From positions 1-52,924 of IMG/VR virus record IMGVR_UViG_3300045973_001495: DNA of 52,924 bases. One strand, 5' to 3'. This DNA is from a virus. Lineage: Duplodnaviria > Caudoviricetes. Shown here one piece after another: positions 1-9,000 of the stretch; the stretch's first letter is position 1; each line of letters starts with the position of its first letter. A program made the translations under genes and the position numbers. The notes below the pieces were generated by a model. It did no database searches. It had not been told where the DNA came from and was given only the letters and a program-made list of their open reading frames with translations.

Positions 1-420
1 TTCTTTGAGCGGCGACAAGCTGCCATCTTTCACCGAATCAATCACGCTCGAAACCATGCTTTCGACTTCGTGCAGCGTGCCTGCGCTTTGGGCAATCTGC
101 GCGCCCGCTGCCAAGGCGGATTCTTGAGACAACCCAGCGCTTTGCAGCTTCCCCGCCACCTTGCGGGTTAGCAGTGCCATCCACTCAGCGTGCCGCGCCG
201 CATCTTCTGACCCTTCTGGCCGACCATCAAGCCCCGCCTTTTCTGACCAATTCTCCGCTTCAGTCGCGCCAAGTTTCCGCTTGAGAGCGCTGCCAATCTC
301 ACCGCCCGCCGAAGTTAGCAGGCCGCCTATGCCGTCCTTCGCTACCTTATCCCCAAATGCGTCAATGCCGTTATTGATTGACCGCGCCCCGTTCTGCATC
401 AAATCCAGCAAGCCCGCCAT
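1..420 (-). CDS. Truncated late gene (140 aa visible, 3' end outside window) with DAxRHxxW...HE motif (DUF6973-like)
   Basis: Not in the ORF track. ATG at 420 overlaps the TAA of the upstream gene (TAATG). Hand translation MAGLLDLMQNG...GSEDAARHAEWMALL...AGTLHE... is open to position 1. Confidence 0.75.
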   Translation of the reverse strand, partial: MAGLLDLMQNGARSINNGIDAFGDKVAKDGIGGLLTSAGGEIGSALKRKLGATEAENWSEKAGLDGRPEGSEDAARHAEWMALLTRKVAGKLQSAGLSQESALAAGAQIAQSAGTLHEVESMVSSVIDSVKDGSLSPLKE

Positions 421-3368
421 TATTTTTGCCCCTTCGATATATCCAAGTAGTTTCTGTAAAGCTGCTTCATCGCCTGTTCGAGTGGGCGCTGTTGCGCGTC
501 CTTTTCTGCTGGCGTCAGGTCGCTGCGTGACTGGATAGCCAAGATGGCGTTGTAATAAGCATTGCCCGACTTGGTTGCGCCCGCTGCCATTTGCCCGAGT
601 TGGATCAACTCTTTTTCGTGGTCGTCCATGCTGGTCACATACTCCGCATCACCCTTCTTGACCGCCTGCTTGTAGGCTTCAGAATGGGCTTCCGCCTCCT
701 TGGCGACTTCGTAGAAGCGCGAGCGCAGTGCTTTGTAATCTGTGTTGCCAGCCACGCCGCGCAATATTGGCGTGTCTTTCAGATCAATAGCGTTCGCGTT
801 GCCTGTGCCGACTTGGATGGCGATATTCCCGGCGTCAAACCAGAATTTAGCCGCGCCACCGCCTAGCGTTGATGTCCAATATTTCAGGACTTCCGGCGAC
901 ACATCAGTAAGCTCGTCGATGTATTTGTTGCCGATGTGGTTAGCACCGAACTGCGAAACGCGGTCATAAATCCCGCCCTTCGTGCCTTTGAACATTTTTT
1001 CATTGTCTGGCTGGGCTTCCCTAAAGTCAGGCTTGAGATCGCTGCCGAAACTGTTTGTGTTGGTAAGCGGATTACCGACAATGGAAAGCGCCGTTGGCAA
1101 TGCGTTGGTGAATCCATTTGTCACCTTGATAGGAGAGAAAGTATCCAGCGCAGATACGCCAGCATGCATCGCTTCCTTGCCTACATCGGCACCACGCATC
1201 ACATTGCCAGTGCGTTGCCCCATCTGCATAATCCAGCCATACCCGTAGGGGATTGGCACCAGCACATAGCCCTTGCTGCCATCCTCATTCGTTTTGCCAG
1301 TAGGAAGAACGATGTTTCTATCCCGCGTGTTCTGCGGGATTTCATCCCAATCGTCATCATCCCAAGCCAAGCGGGCGAGCATCGCAATGGTCGCCATACC
1401 GCCAAGCAGCGCCCATGCTTCCGTCTTATGCTTGCCGGTGCTGAGATTCTTCAGAAGGTTGGCGGTGTCCTGTACGGCAGGATTAAAGAACAGGTAGGCA
1501 GCCGGGAAGAACTTGCTTTCCCCTTTGCGGTTGAAGTTGACCGTGACGTTCTTGGCCGCGCTTGCGGCTTCTGCCTGCGCATCTGCGGTGCTCATGCCGT
1601 TATTCATGTGAGCATCACGCACCGCTTTATATGTCGCCATGCGAAAGGCGTTTTCTGAAGCCACGTTTAGATGCTCAATCCAGCCAGCCAAAGCGCCCGC
1701 CGCCTTGCGCCCTGCCGTGCGAACACCGCGCCATGCCTTCGATTTATCCGCCTTGCTGGATGCCTCACTAAGCAGCGACATAGCGCCCTGCTGGTCATCC
1801 ATTGTGTTCTGCAATTCAGCATTGATGCGGTCAAGATCGGGCAGCCAAGATGCGCCGGTATTGCCACCGTTGGCGCGGTACTCTTCAATTAGCTTGGAAA
1901 ACTCGCCGCTGGCTTTGCCGCTGAACGAGTAGCGCACCAGTGAGCCGAAGATACCCGCATAGTTCTTGGCAGCAGTCGCCGCCACCTTTGCGCCTTCGGT
2001 TGCGGTCAGGTTGACCATGCCGGACAGCGCATCACGCACCATGTTCTTGAAGATGAATTCAGGGTTGTAGCCGGTGTAAACCTTGGACAGATACCCGTTA
2101 AGCGCCTTCGCATAACCGAGCGCTGTGTCTAACTGCTCCTGCCCCATGTTCGTGTAGGCGCGAGCTAGCAGATCATCGCGGAAAGTGACGCGAACCGGCT
2201 TGCCCTTGATGTAGATATACGCCTCGTTGTCTTGCAGCGCAGGAAGTGGGCGGGTTTGCGTCTTGCCATTGACGACAATCTTTGTCGTGTCTGGCTGGTC
2301 TAGGGTTATCAGGTTGCCAACCAGATCACGATTGTCGGCAATGAATTGCGCTAGGTGTTGGCCCACGGTGTTCTTTTCCACCGCCACTACGCCCGCGTAA
2401 TAGTCGCGCACGATGTTGGCAAAGACATCATCGGCTTCAGTCGTGCGGCCCGTGGCGCGCTTTTGCTTGCCGCTTACGGATTGCCCCTTGCCGGTACCGC
2501 CGCTGCTGTCGTCGTTGGTCTTGAGTGGCACATAGTATTTGTAAGCGCCATCGTAAGCCGCACGTTGTTCGGCGCTCACAATGCCCGCCTTCTGCATCAT
2601 ATCTAGCCGCTGCTTGGTGACTGCCTGCACCGCATCTGCTGCCTGTTTGATAGCCCTGAAGTTCGGCATTGCCTGCAAAGCAGCCATGCGATTATCAGCG
2701 TCCTTGTCGGTGATGCCCGAACCGCTGTCGTTGCTTGGATCAACCGTGCGAATCTGTGTATTCCGCTCTTTCGCGTGCGCAACCTTCAGGTATTCATTGA
2801 CGTTTTCATGCGTTACCTTACCGGCAGACATCGCATCAAGAATGGGCTTCAGCACCTTCTGCTCGAAGTCTTCGATTCGGCTGGCAATGCGCCCGTGACT
2901 GCGTTCTTCCGCCTTGTAGACGTTGTTTTGCGTCGTGACCTTGCCGCCGTTCTTCAGTGTTTCAGCGTGCAGGGTTGTCCAGCGGTTCCACTTGTCTTGG
3001 ATTGTGCGCTGGAATTTCTCTGTGCGGCTCTCATCAGGCAAGGACATTGGTTGCGGTTGGCCGGGCAGCACGCCACCGCTTGCACCGCTTGGCGGCTGCG
3101 CGGCTTTGGATTGCTTGATGCCCTGCGATGGCTCATCGTTGGTGGCATCTTCTGCATCATCCATCTTGAAGGCGCGGTACTTCATGCCGTGCTGTGCTTG
3201 GATGGCGTCAACGAACTCCGCACGCTCCTGCATCAGCGAATCAATCGCGCTTTGAATGGCCTTACGTTGATCGGCTTTGCTGGGGTTTTCACCCAAGTTC
3301 GCAAAGATGTTTGAAACGTCCTCATCGTGCATGTTCAGCACATCGGCAATGCAACTGCGTAGCGTCAT
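420..3368 (-). CDS. Large LPD38-like protein, probable internal virion/ejection protein
   Basis: 982 aa. YYVPL, ENAFRMATY, NVTVNFNRKG, YLFFNPAVQ and VPIPYGYG motifs resemble LPD38-type C-termini; lies in the late operon. Confidence 0.75.
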   Translation of the reverse strand: MTLRSCIADVLNMHDEDVSNIFANLGENPSKADQRKAIQSAIDSLMQERAEFVDAIQAQHGMKYRAFKMDDAEDATNDEPSQGIKQSKAAQPPSGASGGVLPGQPQPMSLPDESRTEKFQRTIQDKWNRWTTLHAETLKNGGKVTTQNNVYKAEERSHGRIASRIEDFEQKVLKPILDAMSAGKVTHENVNEYLKVAHAKERNTQIRTVDPSNDSGSGITDKDADNRMAALQAMPNFRAIKQAADAVQAVTKQRLDMMQKAGIVSAEQRAAYDGAYKYYVPLKTNDDSSGGTGKGQSVSGKQKRATGRTTEADDVFANIVRDYYAGVVAVEKNTVGQHLAQFIADNRDLVGNLITLDQPDTTKIVVNGKTQTRPLPALQDNEAYIYIKGKPVRVTFRDDLLARAYTNMGQEQLDTALGYAKALNGYLSKVYTGYNPEFIFKNMVRDALSGMVNLTATEGAKVAATAAKNYAGIFGSLVRYSFSGKASGEFSKLIEEYRANGGNTGASWLPDLDRINAELQNTMDDQQGAMSLLSEASSKADKSKAWRGVRTAGRKAAGALAGWIEHLNVASENAFRMATYKAVRDAHMNNGMSTADAQAEAASAAKNVTVNFNRKGESKFFPAAYLFFNPAVQDTANLLKNLSTGKHKTEAWALLGGMATIAMLARLAWDDDDWDEIPQNTRDRNIVLPTGKTNEDGSKGYVLVPIPYGYGWIMQMGQRTGNVMRGADVGKEAMHAGVSALDTFSPIKVTNGFTNALPTALSIVGNPLTNTNSFGSDLKPDFREAQPDNEKMFKGTKGGIYDRVSQFGANHIGNKYIDELTDVSPEVLKYWTSTLGGGAAKFWFDAGNIAIQVGTGNANAIDLKDTPILRGVAGNTDYKALRSRFYEVAKEAEAHSEAYKQAVKKGDAEYVTSMDDHEKELIQLGQMAAGATKSGNAYYNAILAIQSRSDLTPAEKDAQQRPLEQAMKQLYRNYLDISKGQK

Positions 3369-3796
3369 CGGTTAGCCCCTGTCGCCATGCAAGCCGCAAT
3401 GGCTAGCATGATTTCTTCAAACTCGTCATCGTTTACCGCTTCCGGTAAATCGTCCTTGAATACCTGAATTGCTGGTGCGGATTGCGGTTGTCTGCGCTTC
3501 TTGCCGCCGCTTCCTTGGCTGGGAACAATTGGGCGCAAGGTGTCGCTGCTGGCTTGTCCGGGGAAGAACACCACCGAACTTGTCAGCGTTACCCCGTTGG
3601 CGTTGCCGGATACCGCGCCGCCACCTGTAGCAGCGCCCGCAATAATTGATGCGGTTGATGTCAGCGTTACGCCTGATGCCGTGGCATTGCGCACGCCATC
3701 TGCTGCGCCAGCAATGAAGCTAACGGCAGCGGTAAGCGTTACTCCTGAAGCGTTTACGCTACCCCCTGCTGCTGCCCGCGTTAGTAGTAGCAGCAT
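3365..3796 (-). CDS. Hypothetical virion protein with three (A/N)xGVTLT repeats
   Basis: 143 aa, tightly packed with its neighbours, Ala/Gly/Thr-rich repeats. Confidence 0.65.
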   Translation of the reverse strand: MLLLLTRAAAGGSVNASGVTLTAAVSFIAGAADGVRNATASGVTLTSTASIIAGAATGGGAVSGNANGVTLTSSVVFFPGQASSDTLRPIVPSQGSGGKKRRQPQSAPAIQVFKDDLPEAVNDDEFEEIMLAIAACMATGANR

Positions 3797-3799
3797 GGG

Positions 3800-5299
3800 T
3801 TAGACGTAGAAAATCGCGCCGACTACATCATTTGCCGCCGTTACGGTGGCATCCAAGTCAGCAGCAGCGCCCGTGCAAGCTATCCCCAAGCCAAGTGACA
3901 TCGCCAAGCCACCGGGCATCTGATGCGTTGTGGTGCTATTGGGCGGCAGTCCAATCATAAAAGTTGGCGATGCGCCCGAGGCTGGTGCTGTGGCTAGGTT
4001 GTAGAACCGGAAATACTTAAATGCTGCGGTCGTATTGGTCAGCGACCAGCCGAGCAAGCGCCGAGCGCCGGTAAGGATCAGCGCATTGTTTACCGTTGCA
4101 GCCGAAGCGAATTTAAACGTAGTCGCCGCGCCGGTTGCATTGGCGCGGTACTGAATGCCAACGTCACCAATCGCATTCGCACCAGCCACTAGCGCAGGCA
4201 GTGCGGCAATCGACACTGGTTGTGTTGCCACGATTGGCGCAAGCGTTGCCTGCGATGCCTGCACGTTAATGGTTGTCGTGCCAGCAGTAGTTGCCGTGGT
4301 CAGACGCAGTCGGAAATATCGAGCAAGTACGTTTGTATTGCGCAGCACCGCCGCGTTGAATGTCGTACTTGATGCGCCGGATTCACTCAGCAGCGTTGCT
4401 GTAACTGGCAAAGTAAACGCCGCATCATTTGCCCATTGTGCTGTCACTACGCCAGTTGTCCCCATGCTAAGGCACTGGATCGACAAGCTCTTAAACTTGG
4501 CACAATCAATTACGATTAGGTCAGTATTGATGGCGATGATGCCGGCCAGTGAATACGGGAATAAGATCAAATCAGGGTTTTGGCTGCTTGGTACTGGCTC
4601 GGTCGCAATCGCGCTTGGCTTCAGAACATATGCCGCCGTGCCGCTTGTGTGAGCGGTCGCCCGCACGCGGAAATAGGTGTAGTTGGCAACATTCAACTCC
4701 CAACCATAGCTAGGCGTTGCCGCTAGAACGCCGGTCGTTGTTTCAATGACGTTGCTATCAGTACGGACGACCTGCGCTGTTTTCCAGTTGCCGTCAGTGC
4801 CGTTTGTGCTGTCGTTTGACACCTCAAAAATGGCGTTGTGACCTACCAGCGTAGTCGCCGCCATCGTGATCGAAAGTGCGCCGAGGCGATTAGTGTTTAC
4901 GAAAACAGTCTGCGCCGCTGCCGTGATGCTGCCCGATGTGGCGACAATATCGCCTGCCTGAATCGCCACCTTGAGCCGTCCAGCCTGATCCATCTTGAGG
5001 CCAGTGTATTGGCCGTCTGCTGTGGTTTCTGCGGTATCGGAGTCCCGTCGCTGGGCAAGCATGACCTGACCGTAGTCGGTGACGTTGGCCGTGCTGTTCT
5101 TCTGTTTGACGGTTTGCTGTTGGATCGCATCGCCAACCGGCAAAGGGAAAGCCGCCGAGGCATCGCGGCTGTCGCCGTCGTCACCGAATGCGACTTTGAC
5201 GCGCTGAACTTTTACGCCAGTCGAGCCGCTGCCGTTGAGCGTGGCAACTTCATCACTAGCGATAGTGTCGTTGCCGGTTTGAGTGGAATTGTCAGCCAT
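3800..5299 (-). CDS. Beta-rich virion protein, possibly an adhesin or decoration protein
   Basis: 499 aa, Thr/Ala-rich, with repeated domains ending in YFRxR. Confidence 0.65.
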   Translation of the reverse strand: MADNSTQTGNDTIASDEVATLNGSGSTGVKVQRVKVAFGDDGDSRDASAAFPLPVGDAIQQQTVKQKNSTANVTDYGQVMLAQRRDSDTAETTADGQYTGLKMDQAGRLKVAIQAGDIVATSGSITAAAQTVFVNTNRLGALSITMAATTLVGHNAIFEVSNDSTNGTDGNWKTAQVVRTDSNVIETTTGVLAATPSYGWELNVANYTYFRVRATAHTSGTAAYVLKPSAIATEPVPSSQNPDLILFPYSLAGIIAINTDLIVIDCAKFKSLSIQCLSMGTTGVVTAQWANDAAFTLPVTATLLSESGASSTTFNAAVLRNTNVLARYFRLRLTTATTAGTTTINVQASQATLAPIVATQPVSIAALPALVAGANAIGDVGIQYRANATGAATTFKFASAATVNNALILTGARRLLGWSLTNTTAAFKYFRFYNLATAPASGASPTFMIGLPPNSTTTHQMPGGLAMSLGLGIACTGAAADLDATVTAANDVVGAIFYV

Positions 5300-5715
5300 C
5301 AGTTTTGCACCCGAATAGTTGAAGCAGTCAGACTGAACGTGCCAGCCGTGCTAATCACGTCCGAACCAAAGTCGTTTACAGCCACAAGCTCGTCAGCCGT
5401 TGACGCGCCGCCGCGTGACTTGTAGAACACCGCCTTGCGCGCCGTGATCGTGGATGTGGGCCATGAGACAGCGCCTAGCGTCACATCTAGCCGGTCATTC
5501 ACCGTGTCTTTTGTGACGGTGAAAGCGCACGCCGTACCGCCCGCTGTGTAGCCAGCGCCAGCAACTTCATTGGTGATGCTGCTGCGCTTTAGGTGCAAGC
5601 CCTTATCTTCAACGTATGCCGATGTGACGAGCATCACCTTGAAGGTGTCGGTGTCTAGGTCAATCGCACCGCGTGCCAGATCATCCCAAAATGAATTGAA
5701 TACGATGCTTGCCAT
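5299..5715 (-). CDS. Conserved phage structural protein (IDLDTDTFKVML type)
   Basis: 138 aa. IDLDTDTFKV / GYTAGG / DFGSD motifs are familiar from phage virion modules; stop-start overlaps with neighbours. Confidence 0.7.
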   Translation of the reverse strand: MASIVFNSFWDDLARGAIDLDTDTFKVMLVTSAYVEDKGLHLKRSSITNEVAGAGYTAGGTACAFTVTKDTVNDRLDVTLGAVSWPTSTITARKAVFYKSRGGASTADELVAVNDFGSDVISTAGTFSLTASTIRVQN

Positions 5716-6077
5716 TATCTCTCCTTGATCGTCATGCCCGACATAGCGCCGGATTTGTCACGGGTTATGTCCACGCGGAATTCTTTTGGCTTGGTAGCCA
5801 AGCTCTCAGCTAGTGCGCTGATCGCATCCGACTGCATCCCAGCCAGTGTTTTGAGCGCTGCCGTCAGCGCGTCAGCCACCGGCTTCATGTCAACCTTCAC
5901 CGCCTCAACGGTGATTTTTGGCTCCACCTTCACAATGGGCGCAGGTATCGACGGCATTTCAATCTTCGGCGCTTCCATCGTTGGGGATAGATGAAAGTGC
6001 ATTTCTGGCTTGGGTTCTGGCTTTGGCGTTGGCCTTGCCGTGGTGTCAAGCCGGTCTAGTTCGTTTACGCTGCGCAT
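5715..6077 (-). CDS. Hypothetical protein, Pro-rich, C-terminal RDxxG motif
   Basis: 120 aa, overlapping both neighbours. Confidence 0.6.
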   Translation of the reverse strand: MRSVNELDRLDTTARPTPKPEPKPEMHFHLSPTMEAPKIEMPSIPAPIVKVEPKITVEAVKVDMKPVADALTAALKTLAGMQSDAISALAESLATKPKEFRVDITRDKSGAMSGMTIKER

Positions 6078-9000
6078 TTCAGCACCTTATTCAAGTCGGC
6101 AAGTCGCCGGTCATAGTCGTTAAGTTCTTTGGTGATGTTGAATTTAGCGTCAACCGTGCGGCCTTCACTGCGCACATAAACCGGCACAGTCACCGTTTCC
6201 TTACCGAAGCGGCTGTTGTTAAATTGCTCAGGATAAGACGCAAAAAACCCCGCACTTGGCGGGGTTTTGCTGAATTTTGCACCTAGCGCTCGTAGCGCGT
6301 CCTGCTCTTCTGGTGTTAGGCCTTCGTAGCCGTCCTGTACTTCGATTCCATATCCTTGCGCTTCTGCATCTGTTCCGCTGCCATCGCCCGCAAGTTGTCC
6401 CGCGCCTGCGATTCCTTGGTCAGCTTCTGAATCGTATCCCACTCTTCCGGTGTCATCCAATCGCGCTTTTGCATAGTCGTTCCAATCTAAAGTGCCATCC
6501 ATTTGGGTGGAGTCGGTGCTGTAGTTCTTCCACCGCGCGCCTAACTTCTTCCAAAACGGGCGAGCATCTTTCTGATCGTCGTGCCCGTTGGTGATGTCGA
6601 TAATATCAACCTTGCCGCCAGAAGTTGCAAGCATTGCCTTGATAACTTGCTCCCCATAGCCTTTGCTTTGCTTTGAATCGTCAATCTTGATATTGCGAAG
6701 CACCGAGAAGCCGTCACCATCCGGCTGCAAAATCACGAAGCCGACATCCTGCTTGGCAATGCGGATTCTGAAAGCTACTGATCCATTTGGGTGAGTCAAG
6801 ACAGGGCGCAGCGTTACATCATCGTTATTCGTGTACTCACCATTCGCCTGCTTTTCCAAGCGCGCAAACACACGTCCAGCGTCGTATTTCTCACCCTTGC
6901 TACCCGCAACTGCCGCCGATCCATTGGAGCCAACAAAACCGCCCTTGCCTGCTGTTTGGGCGGATTGCTTCGCCATCATCAGCAGATCGTTTGTCGTCAG
7001 CTTGCCCGGCTCCATCACGCCAGCACGCATCAGGCGCAAGCGAACCATTGAGACAAAATCACGAATCAGGTTGGCGGCTACTGAACCGAAGCGCTTGGCG
7101 ATGCGCTCTAGCGCGTTGCCGTCTATAACCTTGATGCCTTCTTTAGCTGCCCAATTGGCGGCAACTTCCACGGTATAGGTAAGCGTTTCCTCGGCGCTCT
7201 CCGTTTCACCGGCAGATTCAAGGCGGCGCTGCACTTCATCAGCAAGCAAGCGCTTTGGCGATCCTTCCGGCGCGGCAAGTCCTGCCTTGTGGTTGCTTAC
7301 TGCTGCTTGAGTCAGTGCGTCAAACTGCTTGCGCAGTGCTGGGTCACTGTCCAAACCACCATGCAAATACTCATGCAGGAAAACACCATGCGCGGTGTCT
7401 TCAGCCAGCACGTCGCTGTTGAAAGCGTGGATGCCGGAAACAGGGTCATAAAACGCCTGCATCTGGCCGTCAGCGCTTAACTTTGTTTCCAGCTTGCTAG
7501 AATTGGAAACGCCACCCGAAGGTGGCGCTTTTTTTAATTCATTGCTGCTAACTGCTTCTTGAACCAGATCGCTCGATCTTCCACGGTTCGCTTCAGAGAT
7601 TCTAACTCCGATAGAGTTAGCTGATTTGTAGTTGGTAAGGTATCTGGCCTCACTTTCTGTGAGGTCATCAAATTGCCTTCCAGTTGCTTTGAAGAATCCA
7701 TCTTCTAAGTCCCCATGCTTTTCGCGTAGCCGAGCCAATGTTTCTTCCGTTGGCTCAATAATTCGACTGTACTGCTTTCCACTCAATGCGACAATAGATT
7801 TTACCGAGCCACCATTGTCTTCAATGTACTTTGCCAAGGAGGACAACGTGCCACCTTGAGTTATCGTGTCATCAAGAAGAACGTAATTTCTACCCTGTTC
7901 AACTTCGCCGATAAAAGTTGGCTTGTTAAATATCCTTTCAATCCCATCCATTGATGTTCTCTTTGGCGAGTTTGATTGAATGATTTTTGAATCGGCTTCT
8001 GCGTTGAGTTTCTTTGCCAAGACTTCAGCAGCAGCATGAGGAATTGCATTCTTTCCAGATGCTTCGATGGATGAAACGCCAACAATAATTGGATCATTAC
8101 CAGCTTGACTACGTACCTTTTCTACAAGGTTTGGCGTTATCAACTTTAAAGCCAATCTTAATGCACCAACTTTGTCACCAGACTTGCCAAGTTCATAATC
8201 ATCACCCGACATAATGCCAAGTTGATGCTCAATAATTGCATCTGGAAGTTTAAGAATGGAATTCTTCACCTCATCAGCCAAGCGGGCGCGTTCTGTTGCT
8301 ACGTCCGTGCCATTCACCTTCGCACGCGCCTGCGCAACTTGCTCAATGATTGCGTCTTGCGTACCAACAACCATGCCGCCGCGTTCGTTCTTCCGACCTC
8401 GCGCCATCAGGCGATCAACGAGCTTGCTACCGAAAGCGCTACCTAGTGCCTTGAGTAGTTGGGCGGGGGTGGATTTCTGCGGGGTGGCGGTGCGGGAATA
8501 AAGAACCTTTCTGCTGTTTTCTTCCTTAACCTTGATCGTGCTGAATAGCTTTTCAAAGGCTGCATTGATTTCGGCTTTTTCAGACTCAGTAGGGTACGGG
8601 TAGCTTTCCTTCGCGCCCTCTCCCTGCTCTACCTCTTCAATGACGTTCCATGTCTGGTGATCTAGGATGTTTGCTAAATAGTCGTTGCTTAGGCCGTTCT
8701 GCTTTGCTTTATCAATCAGGAACGATTCAAAAGCGCGGGCTGTCAACTCTTCAATAGTTGACCAATAGTTTTTGGTTCTGCGCGCATCAAGCTCTTTCGA
8801 GCGATCAACCATCTTGCTGTTATTGATTGCCTTAACTACATCGGCATAGGCATCAAGCACTTCCTTGCGTATGCCTTCATGTTTTGTTCGTAGGTTGCTG
8901 GTTATGTCGCCGGTTTTACTACCCACAGCGCGGCTGAAATAGTTGGCTACTGCGTGCCACCACTCGTGACCAAGCGATCCTGCACCGTTTTTTCTGGTCA

